IMG/VR virus record: IMGVR_UViG_3300006033_000016
Location: 1 to 64,000 of that record
From: a virus
Reading direction: 5' to 3' (one strand)
Length of the DNA stretch: 64,000 nt
Part shown: positions 9,509-19,870 of the stretch, in pieces
How the letters are laid out: each line of letters opens with the position of its first letter
How positions within the stretch are numbered: position 1 is the first letter of the stretch
Translations under genes and position numbers: made by a program
The notes under the pieces: model-generated
Databases searched by the model: none
Told to the model about the DNA's origin: nothing
What the model saw: the letters and a program-made list of their open reading frames with translations, nothing else

Positions 9509-10239
9509 CTGTCTTCCACCATAGAGGCGAAGACGTAAGGGTCTAGTCCGTAAGATTCGAGAGAATGAGAGTCGTTGAATTTCACTACCAAGGTGGGAGT
9601 GCGCACAAGTTCTGGACGTTCCGGAAAAATGGCTACGCCTATGTCAATTCCGTATGAAACGTAACCAAGACTCTTGGAGGCTGTGACCACCCTTTTTACT
9701 GTCGGCGGGTCAGGAAACACAAGTGGGTCTCCTGCATAATGCTTGACTCCTACGATATCTCCATGATGAACAAAAACTCGAAACTCAGAAACAAAAGATA
9801 TCGCAGGTATTCTCCAAACCAGAGTCTTAGGGGGCAAGTGGGCCAGGGGAAGAAAATCGTCCATCATGGAGATGACTCGACCCTCGAACAACCCAGGGTC
9901 CCTACTAGGCTTTACAAACACAGGTCGGAACCCAGGTGCGTGCAGTTCTGCTCGGATGTCAGATAGAAACGGCTCCGAGGGAGATCGATCCATGTAACGT
10001 CGAAGCGGATTAGGATAACTCTCAGGATAGGGAAGACGAGCACCTATCAACTTAAGAGCCTCACGAACGGCTTTTGCCTCCCCAAAGACTACGGTGTTCT
10101 TGGTAAGAGGAAGGTCTTTTAACTGGTCAATACGAAACCCTATTACTTCATGCTTTCTAAGAAATAGACCCTTAGCTACAGAGTAACAGGTATCGTTCAG
10201 CCAGTCGTTTCCATGACACTGCACATAGCAGGTACTCAT
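9484..10239 (-). CDS. ATP-grasp protein (DUF4343/R2K-like)
   Basis: PVFVKP...F.GRV, SEFRVFV...YAGD, YGIDIG and NDSHSLESYG pattern. Confidence 0.7.
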   Translation of the reverse strand: MSTCYVQCHGNDWLNDTCYSVAKGLFLRKHEVIGFRIDQLKDLPLTKNTVVFGEAKAVREALKLIGARLPYPESYPNPLRRYMDRSPSEPFLSDIRAELHAPGFRPVFVKPSRDPGLFEGRVISMMDDFLPLAHLPPKTLVWRIPAISFVSEFRVFVHHGDIVGVKHYAGDPLVFPDPPTVKRVVTASKSLGYVSYGIDIGVAIFPERPELVRTPTLVVKFNDSHSLESYGLDPYVFASMVEDRWNQMVGL

Positions 10240-10739
10240 TCTTCTTGGCCTATCTCCATGGCCTCCGAGACCTTGAGGTAGCCAGCTCCTTTGACTGCCT
10301 TTCTACCAAGAGAGGCCATACGGTCCACCTTGTTGTTCATAGCAAAGTCATGACTAAGGGACGGGTCCTGATGACCCTTTACATGCTCAGTGATGACCTG
10401 GGCTCCGCACTTACGAAAAAGGTCGTGAATCCACGACCTAACCTTCAGCATCTCACGATCTCTTACTCTAGACCGGAGAGGGCCCTTCTTTACGTGACGA
10501 AGAGCGCACTCCGAGTCTGATCGTATTCGAAAGGCGTGAATCTCTTCTCCCCACTCTCGGATAGCAAGAGAGATTCCCATGTAGATAGCAAAGATCTCTG
10601 CATGGTTGGAGCAGGAAACAAAATCGGGACACGCACCATAATGTACCAGACGACCCTTGTCGGTATCCACATAGGCAGCCCATCCGCCTGTTTCATTGTG
10701 ATGGTTGTAGGAACCGTCTGTGAATATGGTTACCAACAT
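10236..10739 (-). CDS. rnhA: Ribonuclease HI
   Basis: FTDGS, NHAE, RSDS, HVKGH, NNKVD catalytic motifs. Confidence 0.85.
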   Translation of the reverse strand: MLVTIFTDGSYNHHNETGGWAAYVDTDKGRLVHYGACPDFVSCSNHAEIFAIYMGISLAIREWGEEIHAFRIRSDSECALRHVKKGPLRSRVRDREMLKVRSWIHDLFRKCGAQVITEHVKGHQDPSLSHDFAMNNKVDRMASLGRKAVKGAGYLKVSEAMEIGQEE

Positions 10740-10762
10740 GATTTCCTTACTCAGTACATAAC

Positions 10763-11137
10763 CTATACAGTATCTTCCGTCTTGGGGAGGACGAGACGCT
10801 TTCCTCCTGTAACTTTAAGAACGGACTCTTTCACCATCTCTGTCCACTCGTCCAGAAAAGAAGGAGAACCGAGAAGCCATAGGTCTCCTATTTCCTTAGC
10901 TTCCTCGATAGTAAAACGAGACAGGCTAAGATGGTCTTCATCGCGAGAAGACGGAAGATAGTCCCACTCGGAATTTCCCACTCTGTTGATCATGACTCCG
11001 TAATAGAAAATGGCCCACAGATCTGAGGACCTCTTTTCCATCCGAATCTCTTGCGATGGATTAGGTAGCTTGTGGTTTGTCTTGCGCAGAACAAGAACTG
11101 TGGCGTGCTTCCGAAAGTACTCCGCTTCTACTGTCAT
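10763..11137 (-). CDS. Hypothetical protein
   Basis: 124 aa ORF. Confidence 0.55.
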   Translation of the reverse strand: MTVEAEYFRKHATVLVLRKTNHKLPNPSQEIRMEKRSSDLWAIFYYGVMINRVGNSEWDYLPSSRDEDHLSLSRFTIEEAKEIGDLWLLGSPSFLDEWTEMVKESVLKVTGGKRLVLPKTEDTV

Positions 11138-11239
11138 TTTTCGTCTCTGAGTAAAGTCCCAGCTCCAGCTCGAATTCTGTTAGAGTCATGGAGTCCTCCA
11201 TTTCGTCTAACAAATCGACAAACTCTTGTAGAGGCGGAG

Positions 11240-11563
11240 TCATTTGGAAGAGCAAACGATGGAGTGAATTCGTTCAGAAATATCCCTAAGCAGACGACGC
11301 TCTTCGGTCAAAAGACCTTCTTCAGGATACTTAGCTATCAATTCGTCCCTAAGAGACTCCAACAGAGTGATGATTCTTTGTTTTTCAGAAACTGCCTCGT
11401 CCCTCTCCACGCAGATGGTGTCAACCCACTTATCCATTGATTCGAAGTGTCTGTCCATATCGTTTCCAGATTCGGAGGGAGAAACAGCAAGCAGCCCGTG
11501 CGGAAGAGTAGGTCCCTCAGCCGAACGGGCCAGCCAAGCAGAACGATCTTTCTTCGTGCTCAT
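11240..11563 (-). CDS. Hypothetical protein
   Basis: 107 aa ORF, ATGA overlap. Confidence 0.55.
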   Translation of the reverse strand: MSTKKDRSAWLARSAEGPTLPHGLLAVSPSESGNDMDRHFESMDKWVDTICVERDEAVSEKQRIITLLESLRDELIAKYPEEGLLTEERRLLRDISERIHSIVCSSK

Positions 11564-12024
11564 GTTGAAATAAGATCCTCTGTCTTGGGTTTGCTTCGGA
11601 TAAGGGATTGGATCCTCTGTATACTCTGTTCCAACAAATCCTCTTCCATGAGGAACTTGTCAGTAAGTCTTACTAGTTCCTTGTGCGTCTCCACGATGGA
11701 CTTAGCGTCATCCCAAAGTACTTTCTTTCGCCATGTCACAAGGGCCCTAAAGGCAAGACGCTGAGCCTCTTCTAGCCTGCTCAGCGTCTGCTGCGCTTCT
11801 TCTATCACAAGGCGAGCCTCTTTCCTAAACCTAACGTAAGTTGCAGGAAACATGAATACACACCCCTCATCGAGTACAACTTCAACGAGAGAATCGTCAA
11901 TCATGCTGAGTATGCCAAAGCCTCCAGAACGTTCTGTTACGCGTAGAACAAGTCCAGGAACCCACTTGAACTCATGAAGGCACTCCACAAGGTCTCCTGC
12001 GGAGGGTTTGAACTCAAGCTGCAT
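11560..12024 (-). CDS. Hypothetical protein (SH3/Tudor-like N-terminus, helical C-terminus)
   Basis: GDLVEC...WVPGLV pattern. Confidence 0.5.
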   Translation of the reverse strand: MQLEFKPSAGDLVECLHEFKWVPGLVLRVTERSGGFGILSMIDDSLVEVVLDEGCVFMFPATYVRFRKEARLVIEEAQQTLSRLEEAQRLAFRALVTWRKKVLWDDAKSIVETHKELVRLTDKFLMEEDLLEQSIQRIQSLIRSKPKTEDLIST

Positions 12025-12610
12025 GTGATGTCTTCTTTGATGTCTTCTTGGTTTGCGACTTAGTGGGCATAGGTTCGTAGAGGGCTGTAAGACCTGCCTT
12101 CATTCGCTTCTTACACTGCTTACATGTGACCTGCTTAGGGTCCTGCGTCAGAGTGTCTCTGGGGTGGGCAAATCCCGAAGGAAGTTTTAGGTAGTTTCCT
12201 ATGGTCCCATAAATCCACCCACACAGCGGGAAAGGCCCAAACGAATCTACGTTCTCTCCTTTGTCCGTATGAAGAAGATTAGTTCTGACGTGTACAGGAT
12301 GCTTGGGTGGCTTGAATGAAGCCGCCTCTTTCTTCAGACGCTTGAAGGCATACTGCGGAACTCTATGCCCCACCACCTGATGTTCTCTCAGATGATTCAA
12401 CATCTCCTGAGGCCCGTCGGCAATGAAGCTAAGCGGTCCTTCCCACCGACCACCTTGTGGCATAGAAGCAAACAGAAGAGAACAATCGCAGCAGCGTATC
12501 TCTCCCTTTCTGTCGTGTACGTCGCTGTATACGTATACGTCTCCGTCACTTTTTCTAGCATACGACATAATCAGATCTTTTCCGTTCCCTCTAGAAACCC
12601 AGAGATCCAC
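12014..12610 (-). CDS. Hypothetical Cys/His-rich protein
   Basis: CCDC and VTCKQCK motifs; start may be ATG 12568. Confidence 0.55.
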   Translation of the reverse strand: MDLWVSRGNGKDLIMSYARKSDGDVYVYSDVHDRKGEIRCCDCSLLFASMPQGGRWEGPLSFIADGPQEMLNHLREHQVVGHRVPQYAFKRLKKEAASFKPPKHPVHVRTNLLHTDKGENVDSFGPFPLCGWIYGTIGNYLKLPSGFAHPRDTLTQDPKQVTCKQCKKRMKAGLTALYEPMPTKSQTKKTSKKTSHAA

Positions 12611-13533
12611 GATTCCGCTGTAGTCAAGAACTCTGGGTCTTCCTTAATGTCACTTGTGTGAACAAAGAAAGAGTACTCTATAGTCCCACCGTGAACAAAC
12701 GGAAGAACATAGAGACTGGTCTCAAACGCACAAAAGAACTTGTACGGAAGACTCAAAATCCTGTCGTAATCCTTGGTCGAGGCTTCCTTTGTGCGCAAAA
12801 CTACAAGAGGGTCACCACCAAACAGCAAAGAGATGCCAAAGGAGTGTTCGAGTGCAAACTGAATCGGGTCGGTCTTCACTGCTTCAAACACCTTTTCTTC
12901 AGAAGTGGGAGATTGTTCCATAGAGGTATCCTTAGTGGAGGAGGAGGAATCTTTCACGTTAGTATGGCCAGGGTTAGCATACTTCTCATACACTGTCCCA
13001 AGAACACCCAAAAACCCAAAAGTATACCAGAGATCTTTTAGATCTTCGTAGGGACCTAAGAATAGAGTGACTCCATCTACCTCCACGAATTTTATGGAGG
13101 AGTGTCCTTTGGCTATCGACTCAAGAGCAAGAGACGCCGAGATAAGGTCGTTGCAGGATATCTTGTACTGTGAGGCATATGCCCACAGATCGATAGCTTC
13201 TTTGAGGCAAGGTGAGTCGCAATCTTCTTGCTCGGCCCAGAGAACAGAATCCCGCAGAGCCGAGAAGCTAGGGAAGGGAGTTACAAGGGCTCTTGTATTC
13301 TCGTCTACTTCAATAGCTTGGTCTAACACCAAAACGTCCCCAGAAAGCACTATCTCTTTCTTGCTCTGAAGAATGCGCCGTACGCCCCCTTCTCCAAAAG
13401 ATCCTACGTATACCTTGTCATCTGCACGACCTGTCTGGTCCCACGAGGATGCTTTCTTTTGCAAGAACAAGAGAACAATATCTGGACTAGTGACAATAGG
13501 TTTCTTCTTTGCAGCAAAGGCGTACCAAGTCAT
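12571..13533 (-). CDS. Hypothetical protein
   Basis: 320 aa ORF. Confidence 0.65.
   Translation of the reverse strand: MTWYAFAAKKKPIVTSPDIVLLFLQKKASSWDQTGRADDKVYVGSFGEGGVRRILQSKKEIVLSGDVLVLDQAIEVDENTRALVTPFPSFSALRDSVLWAEQEDCDSPCLKEAIDLWAYASQYKISCNDLISASLALESIAKGHSSIKFVEVDGVTLFLGPYEDLKDLWYTFGFLGVLGTVYEKYANPGHTNVKDSSSSTKDTSMEQSPTSEEKVFEAVKTDPIQFALEHSFGISLLFGGDPLVVLRTKEASTKDYDRILSLPYKFFCAFETSLYVLPFVHGGTIEYSFFVHTSDIKEDPEFLTTAESWISGFLEGTEKI
12961..12975 (-). promoter_or_regulatory. Repeated motif AACCCTGGCCATACT
   Basis: Copy 2 of 7; inside a CDS. Confidence 0.35.
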
Positions 13534-15281
13534 GTGTGTTTCCTTTGAAAGCTAAAGCGAGCTACCCACCCCTTCACTCTTTCCTCTTGAGACAGCCACT
13601 TGACATAGTTCGTGTCTGCCTCAGAAGGATGTATAGCAGCTAGTTCTAGGTACCTTTGGGCCGCTTGACGCATAAGACTGCGCACTTGCTTCTCTTCTCG
13701 GATGGTACTTACTGACATTCCAAAAGAAATGATGGACTCCAATACTCGGAAGGCCAACTTAGCCCAAGACGGATCCAAATTTTGTTTGTGGATTCCTCCG
13801 TAGGGTTCTGAAAATGGGTACCAACCATGTTGAAACCGAAACTCTGGAGGCTCGATATCCGGAATTGAAGAGTCTACATACGTAACAGGAAAGCCTTTTG
13901 TGTGCCACTCTTGCCCAGAACCTATCACGAGAAACACGTGGTCAGCTACCGAAGCCCAGGATTGATGTCGCTGCTCTTCCGTCATCTCAGACCACGAGAT
14001 TACAGTCTTCGTAGTCCTGTCAGTGTGTCCGTAAAGAGTGGGCCAACTCTTTACCTTAGCTTGCACAAACGCATGAGGGTTTACAGTTAGGCTGTCATAC
14101 TCTCCTGCGAAATCCCTGACTGGGTCCGGGTCTCTAACCCACTCAAAGGTAGAGAACACCACCTCATCAGCGCTTTCATCAATGCTGTCGTTGTGTAGGA
14201 ATTTGTATACCCCAGGTTTAACCTGAATCACTGTGATATCTTTGTCTTCTTCTTTTCCAAACCTGGCAAAGCGCCTTTCCAGCTCTTCCAAGTCGCACAA
14301 AGAATACCACCACAGGTCCGTACAAATAAAGGCTACTTCCTCACCTTCCGGCTCAATGGGTTCTTCTCTGTCTACCCATTCCTCACCGTTCCAGACCTCC
14401 TCCGAAGGTCCACAGGAAATCTTGAAGGAAGAGTCGCTCAGCTTGAACACAGAAGGACAGGTGTTTCCAACAGAAGCATGAGAAAGGCCCACCTGTGCGT
14501 AAGCTTGTGCTACTGCTCTGCGCCCAATGACAGAGTTAACACTGGGGATGTCTTCTGAACCAAACGAAAGAGGAAACCAGTTGCGCAAGTCATTCGCTAC
14601 AGCTATTTTTCCGCTAGGAACATTAAGCTCCCACTCGTTGGGCTCAAACCCGTCTGGAAGAGGACACCTTTCGCCACTAAATCGTACGGACAGACCGTCC
14701 GTTTCAAGCTCGAACTTCTCTGCCCCACAGTAACCACAACCACCTCCTAGAGTGGCCATGTTGCACTTCGCTACAGGCACCCAACGGCCTAGACTCTTCT
14801 TTTCGCGCAGAGCGTGACACAGTTCATCAAGCTGTTCTCTGGGCACTAAAAATTGGTGGCAGTAAAGATTCTGTAGTACCATAGGTAGAAAATGATCGCT
14901 ACTGTCTCTCCCACTTCTCCAGTGGCCCGCATAATCCATCTCTAGTTTGTCAAGAAGAGAAGATAAGGCGTCCTGCGCGTCCAGTGCCGCCTTGTAGGCG
15001 TCAAGAGCTTGATCCTTTGTTGTGTCAACTCCTCCAACGGATTGGACCGCCTGAATGGTGGAGACCATCAGGTCTTCACGCAAGTCAGGGTCAGACAAGA
15101 TCTCCTTGATGTCAACTCGCTTCCTGGTTCGGTCACCAATAACCGAAGGGTGCCCCTGTTGAAGTTCGCTCTCCTCGAAGGACCCCAAAGTTGTGACCAC
15201 TACAGTTGTTGAGGGGTCAGCCTCTACAACATCAGCAATCTCTCCAGTGGGAAGAAGGGCCTTATCCCCAGACTTGAACAT
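13530..15281 (-). CDS. Large hypothetical protein
   Basis: 583 aa ORF with CGYCG motif; family not recognised. Confidence 0.7.
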   Translation of the reverse strand: MFKSGDKALLPTGEIADVVEADPSTTVVVTTLGSFEESELQQGHPSVIGDRTRKRVDIKEILSDPDLREDLMVSTIQAVQSVGGVDTTKDQALDAYKAALDAQDALSSLLDKLEMDYAGHWRSGRDSSDHFLPMVLQNLYCHQFLVPREQLDELCHALREKKSLGRWVPVAKCNMATLGGGCGYCGAEKFELETDGLSVRFSGERCPLPDGFEPNEWELNVPSGKIAVANDLRNWFPLSFGSEDIPSVNSVIGRRAVAQAYAQVGLSHASVGNTCPSVFKLSDSSFKISCGPSEEVWNGEEWVDREEPIEPEGEEVAFICTDLWWYSLCDLEELERRFARFGKEEDKDITVIQVKPGVYKFLHNDSIDESADEVVFSTFEWVRDPDPVRDFAGEYDSLTVNPHAFVQAKVKSWPTLYGHTDRTTKTVISWSEMTEEQRHQSWASVADHVFLVIGSGQEWHTKGFPVTYVDSSIPDIEPPEFRFQHGWYPFSEPYGGIHKQNLDPSWAKLAFRVLESIISFGMSVSTIREEKQVRSLMRQAAQRYLELAAIHPSEADTNYVKWLSQEERVKGWVARFSFQRKHT

Positions 15282-15284
15282 AAA

Positions 15285-15875
15285 TCAGCTTTCTTTGGAA
15301 GGGGCTACCTTTTGAAGCATCCTGCGCAGCTTATCTGCGTCGAACGTGTAACCATGAAACTGAGCCACGCTCATCATGCGATCCACAACGTCATCCCGCT
15401 CTTTAACGAGCGCGGTATAAATGCTTCTGACCGAAGGGGTGCTGTCTGAAAAGTCGTCCATGTCTCCTGCCAGCTCAGTGCACTGCCCAGGAGAGTGATT
15501 CGCCACCTTCTCTATCAGATCTAGCATGAAGAGTTTTCGAAGCTGCGGACGAAGAAACAAAGAGGAATCGTCCTTCATCGCTGCATCGATTATGCGGTCT
15601 CTCGTTTCTTTAGTAAAAAAGGCACCACACCTCAACATGAGGTATCCAAGCACTTGCCAACCTACTCTATACTCCTGCTCGTCCTTGTATTCAGAGGGAA
15701 GACCAAGAATACTGACCAGGTCAGATTCCTTCTGCTCCAGTTGTTTTGCGATAACCTTGTTTTCAGCCTCGTCTCTCGTGTGATCCGGGTCCAGGCCTAA
15801 AGCCTTCTCAAAATCAATCAACCAATCGAAAGAGGGATCCCCTCCCATTACTGCTGAAGACCACCAGCCCATCAC
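15285..15875 (-). CDS. Hypothetical protein
   Basis: 196 aa ORF. Confidence 0.6.
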   Translation of the reverse strand: MMGWWSSAVMGGDPSFDWLIDFEKALGLDPDHTRDEAENKVIAKQLEQKESDLVSILGLPSEYKDEQEYRVGWQVLGYLMLRCGAFFTKETRDRIIDAAMKDDSSLFLRPQLRKLFMLDLIEKVANHSPGQCTELAGDMDDFSDSTPSVRSIYTALVKERDDVVDRMMSVAQFHGYTFDADKLRRMLQKVAPSKES

Positions 15876-16081
15876 TCACCCTCTTTCTTTGCAAATTCCC
15901 TGAACTCTTCCCAACAAGAATCGCATGCCCAAGTTTGATAGGCAGCTGTCTTGATCTGACTTCCAGATAGACCGCCAGAAGTGGCGACAAAACGGGGGAG
16001 CGCAGGAGACTTACACTGATATCCCTTGCCGTGACAAGGGTGTTGGCCTTCTCCTTCCCACCCGCACCGACACTTACTCAT
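15872..16081 (-). CDS. Small Cys-rich (Zn-binding?) protein
   Basis: CRC...HPC...C...CDSC. Confidence 0.55.
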   Translation of the reverse strand: MSKCRCGWEGEGQHPCHGKGYQCKSPALPRFVATSGGLSGSQIKTAAYQTWACDSCWEEFREFAKKEGE

Positions 16082-16367
16082 GGTCTGATCCTGTCGTCTC
16101 TGCTTTTCGAAGGAGAGAGCGCAACTCTCGGTTTTCCCTATAGAGTTTCATGTACTTGTCTGCAGTTCTTTGGGTGTGGCGTTTGGCAATGTGAAACTCT
16201 CTAAGAAAGGCCCAGACTCCAAACAAAAGCATGAATACGTTGGCTACCCAAGAATAGATGGCTACCTTGTCTGGATAGTAACCCATGACTTGAAGAGCGA
16301 TACTCACGGCTCCCAGAGTGGAGATGCACCACCCAATGGAAGCAAGAATTATATTGTCGTTTGACAT
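16074..16367 (-). CDS. Membrane protein with two TM helices (holin-like topology)
   Basis: Two hydrophobic segments and a basic C-terminus; holin role not demonstrable. Confidence 0.5.
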   Translation of the reverse strand: MSNDNIILASIGWCISTLGAVSIALQVMGYYPDKVAIYSWVANVFMLLFGVWAFLREFHIAKRHTQRTADKYMKLYRENRELRSLLRKAETTGSDHE

Positions 16368-16579
16368 GATTCTTTCTCTCTGTTGTAGTCAACAAGAAGC
16401 AAGCCGGGCTCGCAACTTGTTCAAGCCCGCAAGGGCCTTCTCGCCATGACCTCTAAGCACGTCTGCAATGGATCCTTCACGAGCATGCATAAAGGAAAGA
16501 CCTGCCTCGGTAAGCAAAGCCTTAAGGGCAACAAGCTCGTCAGCATCTAAGGGTGCGCTGTTAGAAGTATCAGGCTGAC

Positions 16580-17353
16580 TCATTCTTCCTCCAACGCCAG
16601 GAACCTGTTGATGTAATCCCTGTCCTGAGAGAATGTAGGAATGTTTTCATCCACAGTCCAACGGCTTCGGAGGACAACTCCAGTTGAGCCTTCAACGGGG
16701 TAAGTTTCTCTCAGTACACACCTTCCCCGCTTCTGCTGCACGGGCAGGTCGTTCCAGTTCTGGCCCTTCTGAAAGCACATCTCCTGTAGCTCGGAACCGT
16801 TCTTGTTGTTGCACTCTTTGTGAGAGTACAAGGAACGCGCAAGAGACTGCACGCTGTTGCGGACGGCGTCTTGCTGTCGCCACAAGAAGTAGTTGCAGAC
16901 GTCAGCTTCGGGAAGAACGAAGGCACGACAGTCGAAATAGGCGGGTCGAATCAGTGATGCCTTGTTAGGCACAGATTCCTTATCAAAGAGCGTCCACGAC
17001 CAAGAGGTGAATGTAGCCGCAGCAATGGAAGCAACAACGGAGCAGGTCTTCTGAACTCGGCCGTTGAAGTACGGCTGAGAGTTGAATGTCTTGTACCCAT
17101 GTACCAGGATAGAAATCTCGTCACTTTGGACGTAAGCGATCTGAGCCCCTTGGATATCCTCACACAGCTTAATGGCAGTAGTATTCATCACCTCTACGAG
17201 AGAGGGATCCCACGGTCTCTTTAGTCCTCGTGTGTACGAGTGAAAGGCTTTACCATCCACACGCAGAATCACAGGAAGACGAGGAGGCAGGGTATAGTCC
17301 ACAACTGCTTCGTAGGACTTCATTCGGTCGCCAAGAGAATCTTTTTGAGTCAT
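16580..17353 (-). CDS. thg1: tRNA(His) guanylyltransferase Thg1-like protein
   Basis: LGDRMKSYE, RVDGKAFH, YVQSDEIS, FDCR, YFLWRQQDAVRNS. Confidence 0.92.
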   Translation of the reverse strand: MTQKDSLGDRMKSYEAVVDYTLPPRLPVILRVDGKAFHSYTRGLKRPWDPSLVEVMNTTAIKLCEDIQGAQIAYVQSDEISILVHGYKTFNSQPYFNGRVQKTCSVVASIAAATFTSWSWTLFDKESVPNKASLIRPAYFDCRAFVLPEADVCNYFLWRQQDAVRNSVQSLARSLYSHKECNNKNGSELQEMCFQKGQNWNDLPVQQKRGRCVLRETYPVEGSTGVVLRSRWTVDENIPTFSQDRDYINRFLALEEE

Positions 17354-17382
17354 CGGTCAATCCTTTAAATCAGCTGCCAATT

Positions 17383-17397
17383 ACTATGACCAGGGTT
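17383..17397 (-). promoter_or_regulatory. Repeated motif AACCCTGGTCATAGT
   Basis: Copy 3 of 7; intergenic, 30 bp upstream of thg1. Confidence 0.6.
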
Positions 17398-17405
17398 GGT
17401 TCCAT

Positions 17406-17657
17406 TCATCTTGTCATTTCATCCTGGTGTTCTGCCCAGGCTTTTAGTTTTCTGGCCCACTGCTTGCGTGAAATACCTAATTCTCGCAGCATGTTCAAGA
17501 ACCACGGCTCTCTCAGTTTACGGTTGACCTCTCGACTGGTCCACACTCTCTTCCTGTGGCGTGAGAGGTACAAGTCGTAACGTTTGCGCTTCGCTTTGTT
17601 TTTAGCTCTACGCTCTCGCGCTTGGCACCGTGCAGTCTTCATGGGGCTACCTGCCAT
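17406..17657 (-). CDS. Small basic protein
   Basis: 83 aa, Arg/Lys-rich. Confidence 0.5.
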   Translation of the reverse strand: MAGSPMKTARCQARERRAKNKAKRKRYDLYLSRHRKRVWTSREVNRKLREPWFLNMLRELGISRKQWARKLKAWAEHQDEMTR

Positions 17658-17796
17658 ACGATGGAGCCATCAACCATTGCTGGACAAGTTACATAATCTG
17701 TTCCGCAGGCTTCGCAGCACCAAGTCTGTCCCTCCACTAACACCTCTGGAAAGACCTCGTCACCACAAACCCAACATGTTTCTCCTCCCTCTACGT

Positions 17797-18081
17797 TCAT
17801 CGAAGAATCCTTGAATAATCGTAGAGGCGCGCGTCTGGGAAACCCTCAACCATTACTGTGGCGAGAATATATTCCTCTGAGGGGTCTGACCGTTCCGAAT
17901 AGAATATGTTACCAGGATCAGACACACCGTATTCTCCACGAACTATTTGCTCAGCCACCCAAGAGATTAGTCTTTCTCGGTAGTCTTCAATGGTTTCTTT
18001 GTCCAATAGAACAGGAAGACCAGTCCATTGATCCCCGCCGCGAGAAGGTACTGAATCCACGACCATCACGTCCGCACTCAT
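17797..18081 (-). CDS. Hypothetical protein
   Basis: 94 aa ORF. Confidence 0.5.
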   Translation of the reverse strand: MSADVMVVDSVPSRGGDQWTGLPVLLDKETIEDYRERLISWVAEQIVRGEYGVSDPGNIFYSERSDPSEEYILATVMVEGFPDARLYDYSRILR

Positions 18082-18325
18082 GGCTGAGTGTAGCCTATGG
18101 TAATCTTATTGCTCTTCTCGCTATAGCGAATCCTAATCGCTCCTCCACGCGGACCCTGAGCCACATAAGAAGAGTCCGTCTCCTTGGTCCAGGCTAAGGA
18201 TGACTTGGGCTTCTTTCCAAGGGTCTTGCCCTCTCTTGCCTTCGGATACGCTTGAACTATGAGGTCAAAAACTGTGTTGATGTCCATTTCAATTTTCCTA
18301 TGGTGTTACTGTATGCAACTCAAAA

Positions 18326-18631
18326 TCACGAAACGACTCTGCCGCCTATGATGATGACTCGGCCTTGTGGATATGCTAGAATCCTGATAGATTGCTCCCC
18401 TTGCAATGCAGCATCACACCCGTCTTCGTACACTGTTGCATACATGCTGCTACCTAGGGGACGATGCTCCCATCGAAACAAGAGTGGGTCGAACGCCATG
18501 CTAGGCTTTAAGACCTCGTGAGCCATGATTAGAAAGGTTTCGTCAACAACTAGGTTCAACTGGCGCGCTCTGACAGTCACATATTCGAATCGAGTTAGGA
18601 CGTCGAGCGTGTCTATAAAGATACTAGCCAT
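18326..18631 (-). CDS. Hypothetical protein
   Basis: 101 aa ORF. Confidence 0.5.
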   Translation of the reverse strand: MASIFIDTLDVLTRFEYVTVRARQLNLVVDETFLIMAHEVLKPSMAFDPLLFRWEHRPLGSSMYATVYEDGCDAALQGEQSIRILAYPQGRVIIIGGRVVS

Positions 18632-19218
18632 TTACGAATGTCACACTGAAATGCCAACATAAGACTTGTGAAAAGGCGTGCTGGCTAGGTCAACACAGTT
18701 TTCGAACTCCTTGATGTCCCCTTCAATCTTCCTCTCCGACTGGTTCTACCGCCTGCCACAACTCCTCCATAGCCTGGTAGAAGGCTGGGGTGATCTCGTT
18801 GACTTCGCCCTTCAAATCGTTGGGCATCTGCTCCCAATGGTCTATTGCGTTACCTACCAGAACCATAAGCTCACGCTTGGTTTTGACTCTGCTCATCCTA
18901 TCCTCGTGTTTTCTAAAGAAAGGCCAAGCCATCTCCACTGATTTGTGTAGCGGTCAAACCGCAAAGACCCGGAGAGGACTCGGCTACGTAGGTGAGACTC
19001 TACCAATTTGCTTATTAGCAAGGGGTAGTTGTCATGCCATGCGTATCCCTGTAAGCACTCTAAGGAGTTCCTCAGGTCTACCAAGGCAAGAGAAGGAAGG
19101 TCTGCACGTACACATACGGTGATGGTCTCCGCCTTCTCATCATACACTACTCCGTGATCAGGTACGTCATCTCTTATACTAGGAATGTACCTGTCCGAAG
19201 AAATGAATATGCAGATCA

Positions 19219-19629
19219 TCAATTATAGTCGGTTATGTAGCCGCCAGGAAGGTCGGGGTTTGCCTCTTGCAGCTTCCTGAGAGCAGAGCCCAAAATTCTA
19301 GAGAGAAAGTGAACGGTATCCTCGTACTCGTCTCCATAGATGATGTAGACTCCTTCACTCTCTGGATCGATTACTCCATTGAGATGTTCATACGAATAAT
19401 ACTCATCTACCAACTGGGAGAGAGCCTCTTCCTTTTGTTCTCTGGTGACCAGGAAGGAATCACAAGAACTTCGGGCCCACAGGTCGTAGCCCACCCAGCC
19501 AGTGGAAAGCTCGTACTTTTGCATAAAGTCCTTCACGGTTTCGTCCTCAAGCACCTCCTTAGGAAAGTAGAAGATGCAAGAACTAGAATTCGTGATGAAA
19601 CCAACGTTGACTGAAATTCTCTTAGGCAT
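19219..19629 (-). CDS. TNSSS-motif hypothetical protein
   Basis: N-terminal GFITNSSSCIF. Confidence 0.6.
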   Translation of the reverse strand: MPKRISVNVGFITNSSSCIFYFPKEVLEDETVKDFMQKYELSTGWVGYDLWARSSCDSFLVTREQKEEALSQLVDEYYSYEHLNGVIDPESEGVYIIYGDEYEDTVHFLSRILGSALRKLQEANPDLPGGYITDYN

Positions 19630-19870
19630 GTGTAAGTCTCCTTGAATCAGTGAGAGGTCAAAAGAATGTGCATGAAGGTGACCTTCATCAGGCTACGCTG
19701 CCACGGCGTCACGTTATCGTAAGGAACACCAAGTCTACGTGCTGCTCCTAGGGTGAATGGATCTTGGCGGGTGCTTTCCGTTTCTCTACACAACGTATCG
19801 TACTCATCTTTGGACGCAAAAAGTACAAGTCTTGGTTGTGTCACAGCTTCAGTAAGCATCGGTCATTTCC

